A stretch of DNA of 64,000 bases from Eledone cirrhosa (taxonomy: Eukaryota). Shown in pieces: positions 10,927-26,379 of the stretch. The stretch covers positions 83,948,001 through 84,012,000 of the forward strand of contig OZ024740.1 in the NCBI GenBank assembly GCA_964016885.1. The letters are read 5' to 3'. Made by a program: the position numbers and the translations under genes. The notes beneath the pieces are model-generated. The model worked only from the letters and a program-made list of their open reading frames with translations. It was not told the DNA's origin and ran no database searches. The stretch's first letter is position 1. Each line of letters starts with the position of its first letter.

Positions 10927-12136
10927 CCATGACACCACCCAGTCCTGCACGTGGCGGCCCCGCTGGCGTACAGGGTGCTCTGTGGTAACCCCGGCCGCAC
11001 GGATGCCTCGGCTCCCCGATTGGCGATGGGGACTCTGGTGAGGAACAGACGACTCTGTGTCCCAATTGCCAACCTGGGATTGGTGGCAACACTGTTGCTG
11101 GGCACCCTGGGGGCAGCTGATGCCTGCAATGCAGGACATCGTGAGGGCCTGGAACCACGTTGACTAATCTGAGAGGGTGCCGTCGGAGATGTATGTCAAC
11201 ATACTCGAGAACTGCCTAGGGAAACTAACAAAACACCCAATATGGCGGCCGCTCCCTTCCTATAGCCACTCACCCCCACCCCCTCCCTTAGTAAACCCCC
11301 GCCCAAATAGATGCCCCCCCCCCATTCTTTTGAGCTGGTTCTTTATTATCAGTGATTAGTTCTTTACTAATAGGAATTTTTTTTGTATTTTACCACGGTC
11401 GACATAATGGGCTTGGAGAGTTGACTCCCTTGAAGTCTGACCACTCGATAAGTTAGGGGTTGTGCCCCTTGAGCAGGGGTGTGTATAGCTGGTCTACCTG
11501 CTGTCTGCTATTACCCGAGACTGGACACGGTCGTAGCCACAGGCCAGCGCGTGCGCGATAGCATAGAATGTATATTTTCTGCTGGTCACCCCGTGTAATA
11601 TGATACCCTAAGATTCCATGCTTGAGATTCACCGAAGCATGCGCAGTCTTAACCGGGAGATGACATGCGAACTTGAAAATACCACAAGCGAGACCCTCTG
11701 GATAACGTAGACGCAGGACCATACCAGCAAATACATACCCTGATCTGTCTTGAATATACATGGCTGACGGAATATGGATAACACGACCACCATCTAAGCT
11801 GAGACCGACCCATACAGCAAACAAAGAGGGGACAGCCCTTCGCTTTTGACCAGTCGCGTGTGGACTTGGAGTTCGTAATATACCACCCCAGTCAAATCCA
11901 CACTGGTTTTTTAACAATATAGCATGTAGGCCAATACATCCTGCGTAGCGAAACCTTGGACTTAGAACCGGCAGGCTCGTCTATCGCGAAAGCGTTCAAC
12001 CCCTGAAACTAAAAGATCGAACGGACCACATCCGGCAACCACTGGCTATTAGATCCACAGGTACATCTCCCAGAGAGTCCACGCAGATAATAGTGAACCG
12101 CAAGTGATCTATGAACGTTTAAACAAGACCAGCTGC

Positions 12137-12227
12137 GCCTGGAGCTATGCAGATGACTGCATACGCATAATGGATATCGTGCCTGGAGCTATGCAGGGGA
12201 CTGCATAGGCAGAATGGATATCGCGCC
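12137..12227 (+). repeat. Two ~43-bp tandem units, each with a TATGCAG-N4-CTGCATA hairpin
   Basis: GCCTGGAGCTATGCAG....CTGCATA.GCA.AATGGATATCG occurs twice. Confidence 0.8.
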
Positions 12228-12509
12228 CACACGGTCACCAGTACTGTTCATCCTGTTATATGTATGTAAATATCAGTGCGCGGGATATCCCTGAGTACAT
12301 TTTCTTGACCATCAATTGTTAATCAATTGTTTGTTATTTAGGCAAGAATGTACAATTGTGTCTGTGCTAGTCCTATGTGTTGCTGTGTGTGTGTAAAGTA
12401 TCCGAGCGCGGGATATCCCTGAGCTAATTTTGCCTGACCGTTAATAGTGTTCTGATTACTTGTTGATTGGGCAGGAATATATATTGTCTTTGTTGATCCT
12501 GTATCAATA

Positions 12510-12695
12510 ACTTTGTGATAATTTTGTAATAATTTTATGATAATTTTGTAATAATTTTGCGATAATTTTATGATAATTTGATAATTTTGTAATGATTTTG
12601 TGGTAATTTTGTGATGATTTGATAATTTTGTAATGATTTTGTGGTAATTTTGTAATAATTTTGTAATAATTTTTAATCCTGTATCAATAATTTTA
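12510..12695 (+). repeat. About 11-bp minisatellite (TTTTGTRATAA-like) in the PLE 3' region, mirrored at ~8825-9010
   Basis: Direct inspection. Confidence 0.8.
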
Positions 12696-13615
12696 GAATG
12701 TTTTTTTTGTGATAATACATGGTTAGATCACTGAAGCTACCTTATACCTTCTTAAAGATACATTTTATAATTATTTTCTTTTTGCTTATGTATTTTCTTA
12801 GTTACCACTTTCTTTAATCTTGCCCAACTTGATAAACTCCTTGAATTGCTCCCTAATTAAATTACTTAAATTGCTTAGATTATTGTATCTATTATGCCTA
12901 AGTTGTATCTGTTGAAGCAGCCCTTTGAAAATTCCTCGGATATCCCAAATACCGTAATTTTTAATTTTTAACTTTTAATGTATAATTTTCCTCAATTCGT
13001 TTTTATATTTATCCTTAAAGGCTCTCTAAAATTTTAATTCTTCGAAGGGTCTCTCGGAAGAAGTTCCTATTGGAAATTAAAGGGGCCTTTTCTGAGAGAT
13101 TTATGGAAGGCTCTCTGAATTAACCTCTAATTGATTAGTTTCTTTCAACCTAGTTTCCAATTCAGTTTTCTGAATTTTGTAAACGTGATCTCGGGGGAAG
13201 AAGGTTTTTTTTCTTTCGGAAAAATTTTTTTTTCTCTAGAAGAAATTTCATAGGAACTTTATATATTTTTTAGGGAAACTTTATATTTTTATTTTCTTAT
13301 TTTATTAGCCTCTTAATTTTCTTCTAGTCTAATAGGTTTATTGGAGCCAATAAGCTTTATGCACTCATTGAGGGATTTTCTAAGGTGCTTGTACGGGACC
13401 CCAAGTCTTTTAGTTTAATGTTGATGCGTAAATTATATATTTTTGTCTAATTTTTAAACCTCAATCTCTGACACCGACAACTAATATAAAAAAAAAACCC
13501 TTCGAATATTGACCCCAACTATACAAGCGGAGTTGCTGATGTATACAACAATTTCAAACTGCTAGGCTTGAGTGATACGTTGATGTAAACAATGATCTTG
13601 CAATCACATGTTATA

Positions 13616-13662
13616 TGCCTTGATAAGTCCCACCATGGGGTCGGACGAAACGGCTGTCGGCA
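13616..13662 (+). ncRNA. Type I hammerhead ribozyme, U3-A8 core variant
   Basis: TGCC-TTGATAA-GTCC(caccatggggtc)GGAC-GAAA-CGGCTG-TC-GGCA, with AATAAA overlapping its end. Confidence 0.8.
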
Positions 13663-13816
13663 ATAAACTTGTTATAATGTCATAATAGTTCCTTTGTTCT
13701 TTTTCACTAATATTTCTGCTCTGCGTATACGCATAGAGCTTAACTAGCTACCATCACATATTTGGTAAGTCAGACGTGATCATCGCGATTCACATACGAC
13801 CTACCATACATCTTAC

Positions 13817-15801
<1,985 letters not shown>

Positions 15802-15809
15802 TATATATA

Positions 15810-16113
15810 GAGTTATAAACTAAAATAGTCTTTTACAATTAAATAGCTCAAAGAAAGAGATATTTCTGAGCCGTGTAATACAAATGAATATATGATACGG
15901 ATAAACACTGATACAAGTATATAAGTGTTTGCATTGCAAATGACCAAGTTAGCTAGATTGAAAAATACTAATTAAAATAATACGGTTTGCCTGTCGCGAT
16001 TTAAAATATTAAATCAATAAAAGTATTTTTCAATCTAGCTAACTTGGTCATTTGCAATGCAAACACTTATATACTTGTATCAGTGTTTATCCCTATCATA
16101 TATTCATTTGTAT
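15810..16113. repeat. Fold-back repeat next to (TA)n (arms ~15878-15969 and ~16022-16113)
   Basis: About 90-bp inverted arms; homologous longer copy at 16661-17195. Confidence 0.7.
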
Positions 16114-16114
16114 G

Positions 16115-16383
16115 ATGTTGGAGGGGTGGAGGTGATGGGGAAGGGGAGACGGTGGGTGGGTGTGCGGGGGCATGGGGTGAGGGTGGTGGAGCGGTGGACA
16201 GCACGGGCGCGGGTGAGAGCGGTGTGGACGAGAGAGGAGGGGTAACCTCTGCGGATGAAATGGCTGACTAGGGAAAGGGCCTGGGACTCAAAGTCAGCAT
16301 CTCGGCTACAGAGTCGGTGGATCCTGAGGAGTTGGGAGTAGGCAATAGAGCGTTTAGTGTGTGTGGGGTGGGAAGAGGTGAAA
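16115..16383 (-). pseudogene. Fragment of a Neptune-like PLE RT thumb region
   Basis: Minus strand translates [64 protein letters not shown]. Not in the ORF track. Confidence 0.8.
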
Positions 16384-16408
16384 TATATATATGTATATAT
16401 ATATATAC

Positions 16409-16558
<150 letters not shown>

Positions 16559-16559
16559 G

Positions 16560-17236
<677 letters not shown>

Positions 17237-17277
17237 TATATATATATATATGTATATGTATGTATACATATATATAT

Positions 17278-19438
17278 AACATTGATTTTGCTGTGGAAAA
17301 ATGTGTGGAGATGATCATTGAGAGAGAGGTGGAGTTCTGCGACGTAGACACAGATGAACTGGGCCTCCTACTTAGACTTACCTACGACACTGACTACCTA
17401 GACAGCCATGACCTTAGACGTTTCTGCCCTAGTAGACCCATAAGAGGTAGACCCCCACCATAACCTCAATGGCAAAAAAGACTCCCATAGGAAGGTGGAT
17501 TGGGTGGATGAAAGCTATACGGACCTCCCAAAACAATGATCAGGTAAGAAAAATGGTGGCACATGCAACAGGGGCTAGTATCAAAACTACCCTAAAAGGC
17601 CACATATTCAAGTTCAACGAGAAGATCTACACCCAAAATGAGGGAGCAGCCATTGGCGGCACATAGCTGGTGATGTTGCCAACCTTTTTATGGTATGGTG
17701 GGAAAGGAGACTTAAAGATCTCCTTAATGAGAGCTCCATAGACCTCATCATGTACTCTCGTTACGTAGACGATATCAATATAGTTATATGAACATCCCCA
17801 CTAGAGAGCACTAACAAGTTTGATTTAGAACGTAGCACAATGGAAAGCATCCAGCAGATAGCTAATTCCATACAGCAGAGTATAACTGTAACTATCGACT
17901 TCCCTTCCAAACACCCTAACAATAGACTACCTGTATTAGACACAGAACTCTGGATTAACACTATAGACGAGAGAGCCCAAATTCTCCACTCACACTATGC
18001 TAAACCCATGGCCTCCAAATACCTGATACTCAAAAACTCAGCAATGTCCAGTAGTGCTAAGTTTAATATTCTGATCGCAGATTTGGTACGAGTGATGAAG
18101 AATGTGTCCCGCATGTGCGACCCAACAGAAATGGAAAGACACATCCAACACTTCATCAACAGCATGCAGTTCTCTAGCTACAACCAAAGATACAGAGTCA
18201 GATTATACAAACGAGCCATGGAGAAGTATAAAACCCTCATAGAACTGGACATGAAAGGAATTTGCCCATTATACGGGAGCAAATCATGGAATAGCTTAGA
18301 TAGGGCTAGACATAAGATAGGGAAAGCCACCTCATGGTACGACAACCAGAGATACCAGAGCGCCTTGTTTGTGGATGCTACCCCTGGAGGGAAATTAGCT
18401 AACCAGTGTAGAAAGGCCCTGAGAAAGACCCACTTAAAGATTAAGGTGGTGTAAAAGCCAGGAACCACCATAAAATCCCTGATCAGCAAAACCTACCCTT
18501 TTAAGAAAACCCACTGTACTAATAGGAAATGTATCATATGTAAGGTAAACCCCCGATAAACTGTAAAACTAGAAACGTAGTCTATAGCATAAGATGTACA
18601 GACGGTAGTTGCAGAAACATGACTACAACATACATAGGCGAGACAGCTCGTAGCATAGGTGAAAGGATAGACCAACACTGGGAAGGGGGACTAAAAGGAC
18701 GAAAAAAAACGGTTCATATACGAATATGCCAGACAACAACACGACGGTAACATAGACAACATAGAAATTAGAATAATATCTAAACATAGAAATGACCCAG
18801 CAGATAGGCAAATCAGAGAGGCCAGTGAAATAGAACTTAGAAGGCCAAGATTAAACAGAAAGAATGAATGGAATAACAACAACACCCAAACAAACAACAC
18901 TGACCTAAGAGAAGTATAAATAAATAAATAAATAGATAAATAAATAAATAAATACATACACAAGCACAATAACAACAAACACATATAAAGACACACTAGT
19001 AAAGATAGAATACATTAACCGATACACAGTCACCCAATCACGAACACACATCAAACAAATCACTATACACACACGCAAATGCATGCGCAAAGAAAACAAA
19101 ATAAAATAAACAAACAAACAAATAAATAAATAAATATATAAACAGACTAAATAAAGATGGCGTAGACATACAATGTAACGGAAGGAAACAATAGCACCAC
19201 TGACGATGTTGCAGATGTGCAACGAAAGAACTTTGATAAACTATATATATGTGTTTGTGTCTATATTGTATCTGTATTATTTTTGACCGTTGGTCAGTCA
19301 ATGGCAACATTGAGGACCGAATAAATTAGATTACCGATATAAAAGACACAGAAGCGAAAAGCGAAAACCAACCAAACAGTGAGTGTGTTCTGTTATTAAT
19401 TCTGGCAATATTACACAAATATGACCCTCCCCAAGTAT

Positions 19439-19445
<7 letters not shown>
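17278..19445 (+). mobile_element. 5'-truncated decayed PLE (YVDD, GAAIG..ANLFMVWW type; possibly Nematis-like)
   Basis: IDFAVEKCVEMI, EGAAIG, YSRYVDDINI, LPVLDTELW, YIGETARSIGER (about 18630-18665). HHR at 19196-19237; ends CCCAAGTATAACAA(TA)n. Confidence 0.88.
19196..19237 (+). ncRNA. Type I minimal hammerhead ribozyme
   Basis: ACCA-CTGACGA-T-GTTGCA(gatg)TGCAAC-GAAA-GAAC-TT-TGAT; one stem I mismatch. Confidence 0.7.
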
Positions 19446-19481
<36 letters not shown>

Positions 19482-19536
19482 TATATGAAAATAGTCAGGA
19501 ACCCGACGGCTGAGCTCCGTTATGGTCCACCATATT

Positions 19537-19596
19537 TATTTTATTATATATATTTCAAGGGTAGCAAATTTTGGTACGCTCTCATTAGATAAAATA
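19537..19596 (-). ncRNA. Hammerhead with G5A substitution (probably inactive), at the end of an AT-rich PLE-type 3' region
   Basis: Minus strand TATTTTAT-CTAATGA-gagcgtaccaaaatttgctaccctt-GAAA-TATATA-TA-ATAAAATA. Confidence 0.65.
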
Positions 19597-20934
19597 CAAA
19601 ATTTGTTTTATAAATGGTTACATACCCAAGAAGCCAGATCTTATCGGTTCAGGTTCAGTTTGGATAGTGAAAGAAAAATTTCAAATCTTTAGGATGAATA
19701 TGTAAATGAGCTTGAAACGTAAGGCTGCTTTTTGTCGAGATTTTGTGGTAATTTTTACATGATATTTTTCTTTTTATCTAATATTTTTCAAATGATAATC
19801 TTTTTCAAATGATATTCTTTTTAATGATATTCTTTTCAATGATATTTTGATAATGTTTCTAAATATATTTTTTCTTCCTAAATCACTATATAGGCTTTAA
19901 TACATGCATTGATGTAGCTAATACTATCTAAATACATATATAAAATAATTCTCATCTTTGAAAATATCTAATATAAAATACCTTATAATCATTTACAAAA
20001 TAATATATTAAATTTGTCTACTTATATTCTGCATATATCTTAATTGTATATTTCTTTAAAAGTAAATTCTATAATTAAATGACAAATGTAACATAAATAT
20101 TTTAACTAAGAAACATTGGAGTTATCTTTTCCTTTATAATATAACACGCTTAAACATTCCTTCTAACTTAAAAACTAAACTTTACATAAATATTAAATTC
20201 TCTGAATATTAAATATTAAATTCTCTATATTAAATATTAAATTCTCTGTATATTTTCGTTGACTTACTAAATTTTTTGTGAATGTTTCCTATCTTGATGG
20301 AACTATCTGAATGTACAAAATAATCTTCTCAAATAAAATTTATAACTACGTCCTATTCTTAACTATATATTGAAAATGTAAACATAAAATTCTTCGTTAC
20401 CCGTAACATATATAAAAATATTTAAACTATTTATCTAGTGAAAACAACAACATGTATACTCACCAAAAATATTTATATAAATACTTATAGAAATACCTCG
20501 TTGTAATATAATAAACTAAAATATTCTTACAACCTTAAAATATACTTATAAATATTATCTATATAATATTATAACTCGTGATTTGAAGAGATCCAATAAT
20601 TAGTTGTATATCTCAATTTTTTTAAATTTTAAATTGGTGTTCTACCACTTCAACACATTTTTAATTCTCATATTATGTTATAGATACTACGAAAATATAT
20701 GATTATATAATTAAATAATTAAATATAATTATGTCACTCTCTTTACACCATCACTGATATGATCCATACAATTTTATCTTAATAATAATAGTGTATTTCT
20801 AACTATAATTTTTTCTTAAATTTTCTTACACTCTAATATTAATATTAGCCTCTTTTTTTTCTTCTTCCCTTATAAATTATCACAATAATTATTTAAATTT
20901 ACCTAGCGTCTAAAGATAACCACTATATTTACCT

Positions 20935-21390
20935 CTGTTAAGATACGGGTCCCTTAGAATAAATTTTTTTCGCGCCATTCCTGGCCTGACTGTAGTTTGA
21001 AATTAGTACCGACCTTTCTTCCTCTTTCTTTCTGTCTTTCTTCTCGTAGCTCGACATTAACCCTGACTTTTCTTCTTCTTCCTTTTCTTCCTTCTCTTCT
21101 CCCTTCTTTCTGTCTTTTTTCATCTATTTGACCGGTAGTAGCTGTTAGGATACGGGTCCCTTAGAATTTTTGTCGCACCATTCCTGGCCTGACTGTAGTT
21201 TGACATTAGTACCGACCTTTCTTCCTCTTTCTTTCTGTCTTTCTTCTTGTAGCTCGACATTAACCCTGACTTTTCTTCTTCTTCCTTTTCTTCCTTCTCT
21301 TCCCCCTTCTTTCTGTTTTTCTTGTGGCATGATATTAACGCCGACTTAGCTTCCTTTCTGTTTTCTTCTATTTGACCGGTAGTAGCACAC
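20935..21390 (+). repeat. About 207-bp pyrimidine-rich tandem duplication
   Basis: CTGTTARGATACGGGTCCCTTAGAAT...CTATTTGACCGGTAGTAGC occurs twice. Confidence 0.85.
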
Positions 21391-21508
21391 TATAGCCTCA
21401 CTTGAGGGCGACCGGCTAAAGTGGAAGATGCTAGATGCCGTTCGTCCTCCTGTCTTTGATATTCAGCCCTATGGATTTTATCTGTTACATTAATTTGTTA
21501 TATTTCGA

Positions 21509-21566
21509 ATACCTGATGATATTACCGGATTCATACGGAACCCGGTCATTGAAATGATCATAGTAT
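21509..21566 (+). ncRNA. Type I hammerhead ribozyme
   Basis: ATAC-CTGATGA-tattACCGG..CCGGTcatt-GAAA-TGATCA-TA-GTAT, then AATAAA, a ~50-nt tail and (TA)n. Confidence 0.8.
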
Positions 21567-21616
21567 AATAAACCTTTCAAGGATTTACACAAGTCCAGTC
21601 TCCTGTCATTTCATTA

Positions 21617-21695
<79 letters not shown>

Positions 21696-22814
21696 CTAGT
21701 TGTTTCTTAGAAGAGTCTCCGTTGCCTATATTTATTGGCCTGTGAAAGATTTTAACATTCCTATGATGTAATTGCTGTCCTCCGCTATATATGCCATATG
21801 CTTAAATACTCAAATCTCATTAAGCATTCTGATTTTTTTTATTATTCATGTATTTTGGGTTATGTCAATAGTGTCGAAACTAGTAATTTTCTTAGTTCAG
21901 TAATGTTATTTTGCGAATGGATGTTGAAACGAGGGCCACTCATTTACTCCTCAACATCTAAAATTATAGGTTACACTATCATTCCTTCTGAGAGCTACAG
22001 CAATTTTAGAAATGACTAGAGTATGAATGAAAACGGGATTTGAAAGCTTGTCTGATGGAGAAGCGATATAATAAGCCGTGTGAAGAGATTTGTTATTCTT
22101 AAATCTAAATAATAGAAGGATCTATCAGTAACAAATCACGGATTTTATGAAGGTTATAAAGGCAAAAGTAAATGTTGAATACTATAGCAAATTTCAATTA
22201 CAACATTGATTCCAATTTCACAAAAGAAGATTTTTCAACACTATTTATAAAAACAAGAGAACAGAATTCAGATCACTAAACATGCACAGGCGTACATACG
22301 CATATACAGTCACACATATATGTGTTTATATGTGTAGTACTCTCTAGACAAAGGGAAGTAGCTAGAGTTACTTCCCGTAGAATTTCTAGAATATTCCTTG
22401 AACTTCTGTTCCAGAGATTATAAAAGAAAGAGCAAAGGACAATCTCTCTTTCTTTTACCAGCAGGCTCTAGAACTGACCACACCAAGCACAGATATGTTA
22501 AACTTTTTCTAATCCTATCTTGTATCTCAGCCTTACACCATATCATGGCACGAGGTACGTTTTACTACCAAAATTGTAACAAGCACACTTCAATAAATAC
22601 AAGTCGTTATTGATACTCGTTTTTGAAATATTCGTCATGCTTCAATTATTACATCGTCATTTCCTTTACATCTTCTAAACAAATTAAATTAGTGGTTGGC
22701 ATGTAGTGGTATTTACTGGAGTAGATAACCCTATGGCCAATTCACTAAATATGTATGTGATGTATGTACATATGTATGTGTTTATATGTATGTGATGTAC
22801 ATATGTATGTATGT

Positions 22815-23420
22815 CAGGTCACCAGTTGGTGCTACTGGTAACATGTATCCCAGTACAACCTGTCTCATGGTCGGGTCGTTGGCGACTAAACTGGCAAACC
22901 CACCAAGGTTTCTTGGTGAGGAGGGTGACTTTGGACATCCTGCAGGACTAAAAACAAAACCTGTCAAAGGGCAAGGGAGCTCTTAAGAGTCAATAGCCAT
23001 CCAAAATCACCGGAAGAGATGACCCCTTAGCCTTTGTCAAGGCAGAATTCTAGGAGAAGGAAAACTCTGATATAACACCTGCAACCCTGATGGTATCCAA
23101 TGATGTTGACTTGTTCTTCTTTTTGGTAAATATCATCTTGGTTAAGAGAGTGGGACTGGCTTTGTGCAGTGCCTTTGCTCACTATAAAAGCTTCACAGCA
23201 CAGGCATTGCTTTATATCTGGAGATCTCTCTGCACTTGTCATCACATGGTGCCATGGGCCCTGCACTATGTGTCAATAATGGTCACAAGTGTAGTCTTTG
23301 TACCAGAGTTTTCAAGTCGCTGGCTGGACTAAAAAGTCACATTCGTTCAGCGCATCGGTAGGGGTTTTCCTACATGGATATAAAGTAGTGGCCGTACTCG
23401 AAAACGAGTTGGCAGCCACC
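22815..23420 (+). mobile_element. Internally deleted non-autonomous RTE-like element
   Basis: RTE-like 5' UTR motif GGAGAAGGAAAACTCTGA joined to a C-terminal Zn-finger-like peptide FKSLAGLKSHIRSAHR*, short 3' UTR and (ATGT)n tail. Confidence 0.6.
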
Positions 23421-24759
23421 ATGTAATGTATACACCTATGTATGTATATATGTATGTATATACGTATGTATTTAATGTATATATGTATGTATGTATGCAT
23501 GTATGTATTTACGTATGCATGTGAGTGCGTGTATATATGCATTCATGTAGTATGTATGTGTGTTTGAAGGTATGTATATGTGTATGTAAGTATGTACATA
23601 TGTATGTGTTTTTGCGTGTGCGTATGTATGAAGTATGTATGTATATGTGTGTGTATATATGTATGAACCTATGTATGTATGTATGTATGCATGAATGAAT
23701 AATCCTGCTAAATAGTTATAGACATTATACTAACATTGACATATTAATTTGTTAGTAACAGTAGACAGATTACCTTCGTGTCATCATTACACTTCCCATT
23801 CTCACTAAGAATTAATACAGTAGGTAAAAATTAGATTCTTTGTTAATCTTTGAAAACAATCGGCAGAAAAATTAAAAAAGCAGTTGTATCAATTAAACGT
23901 ATTCCCTTAACACTTTACTATCAGAAAACAATCTGCTAATTCCCAATAAATTCACGTCCTATATTGATATTTTTCGTTTAGTGTGCCACACTATATTTAG
24001 AAGATCTAGCATCTTGACTATATTTTCGATATATATCTATAATATTAGTGATAGCTTCTGATAAGTGTAGAATATTGAAATTATATTAGCTGAGCTGACT
24101 TTGGTCTGATAGAATCTATTCAATGAAGCATTGTATTCATCTCTTCGCAGATCTGATTGGAAACTATATTATAAGGATAGAGAATAATGCTATATTTATA
24201 ATGATTCGGTGTAAGCTCTCCTTAAAATAAAGAGAACACATTTAAACTTTCCCATCAATAAACTAGAATAAGATGCTACCAATAGAATTGGTGCCTTCAA
24301 GATGGAATGTATGACATCATTCATTTTATCTAATCTTCAAACAGAATTATAGTGAATAATGAAACTCCCGTGAATATGTACGTCATACTTATGAATATGT
24401 TTATCATTTTACACACATCTATATTTCTATATTTGCATCAACCAATGCATTCTCTTACATCCATATATACTTTCATTCATCAATATGCTCAGCAATTTAA
24501 TTGTAGATATGTGCGTGTATATGTGTGTGGTTATTGGAAATTATTATACAAAGTATTACTATTTACTGTTCTTTCAACATAGAAATGGTAATAATATTTC
24601 CGCTCATCCCATAACTAATTATACTTGGTTTGATAATAAACTTATATTCACCGCTAGTTTTCCATACAAATATACGCATCAAGAACAAAAGTGGATGACT
24701 TGCTAGAAGATTGATAACTCACAATCACTCGTCTCATAACATATTACAATCAAGCCCAG

Positions 24760-25340
24760 TCGGCTCGTAAGTCTCTGGAGTTGTTTAAGCCTGGACCGGA
24801 TGGTGGAGCGGATGGCCGGCTCTCTTTCTGTTGAGGAACTGCTTCGCCATGCTGAAGCCCCTCTATACCCTTCACAGCGCTCCATGCTACACCCACACAT
24901 CTCTCCTCGCTGAGCTCGATACTTGTATCCGAGCAGCAGCCGAGGAGATATGCAACGTCAAGTTTGACGACATTGGATGGTAACAGGCCACTTTACCTGT
25001 CAGGTATGGCGGCCTTGGCCTCCGGTCCTCGATCTCACTGGCTTGGCCGGCGTTTCTTTCGTCGGTAACCTCGTGCCGCGTCCTCGTCAGCAGGGTTCTT
25101 CAAAACACAATAGAACCCTGTGTTCAGAGAAGGTGAGATCGCCTGTGAGACGTGGAACCGGCTGGGACTTAGCCCAGTAGACGTCTCTCCCCCTTCTCCC
25201 TCTTTTGACTTCAAGTCCCCCCCCCCCAAAGCACTTGGGATACCACCCAGTGCAGCCTGGCCTCAGACAGGCTCACGTGCCAGCTCGACCAGCACCGCCT
25301 TGGCTGTTTTATTCCGGCCTCCAAACCTCACAGGTCTTAC
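24760..25340 (+). pseudogene. CRE/SLACS-like non-LTR retrotransposon fragment
   Basis: Translates LKNCFAMLKPLYTLHSAPC..EEICNVKFDDIGW*QATLPVRYGGLGLRSSISLAWPAFLSS. Confidence 0.75.
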
Positions 25341-25845
25341 ATACATTCCATAATAAATAGTTTAAGTAAATAGTATAGAACCTATTGTATGTATAACGTA
25401 TTCTTCACATTTAGTTTGATTAATAAAATAGTTTTGTGGTAACGGTGTTTTGATTAAAAGTAATGCTGCACTACATGATATATGAATCGTTTTCATTCTA
25501 ATCTTTTTGTAGAAGACATATGTGAACACATTTTCTCGATATTCAATATATTAGTAGGTATACAAAGAGGTAACAATCGCATTAGTTTTAACCTGTTTCG
25601 GATTCCGTCAGTGATCTATATCGTCCTAAACGGCTCATAGGCAGGTAAATAGGATGTACATTCAAAATAATAGGAAATAAAACAAACTAGAAACATGAAT
25701 TATATAGAATAATATTCTTAGCATTTGGATTATTGCTGAGTATTCTGTATTAAGACTTAACCGCTTGGTTTATAATTTAAAAACATATATTAAAGTTATA
25801 CACTATGTACTAACATAATGTTTATTGACTATATGAGCTGATGGA

Positions 25846-25884
<39 letters not shown>

Positions 25885-26379
25885 CAGCCAAAAGAAGAAA
25901 ATCATTAAGTGTAACTCAAATTACAGAACTGGGCAACATTCACTCAATCCCTCTCTCGAAACACTTTCTCTCTCTATGCAGAAATTTGTTGTATGTTCCC
26001 AATTTTTCAAAATTACCTGTGGCGTATACGGCTTCCCTTCTTGTACTTTTAACGTGACCATATCTCATTTCCTATAGCATGATTATTTTGATTACTTTTT
26101 GTACGTATGTTTCCCACACCATCTCGTTCTGACAGTTGCAACTAGCCAACATTTTCCTCCCACTGTGCCACTTTATTTCTGCTTCTTTTCATTTCCATGG
26201 ATATAACTGGCGTTCTTCGTCACGTAAGTTTCTACTAGAATGTCGTTTAATAAATTTTATTAGTTGCCTTCACAATGTAATTTTATATCAGTTTTATTTT
26301 GTTTTGATCTTGTAAAATACTTTGAAAAAAAAAGATATTCTATCGGAGGTATCTTACCGACCTCTACCAACAAGTTCTT

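Noticed and set aside
11453-11917. 154-aa antisense ORF in the PLE 3' region
   Set aside because: Non-ATG start, no recognisable motif, and expected by chance in GC-richer DNA. It would need conservation across copies.
20938-21330. Lys/Glu-rich ORFs
   Set aside because: By-product of the purine/pyrimidine-skewed tandem duplication.
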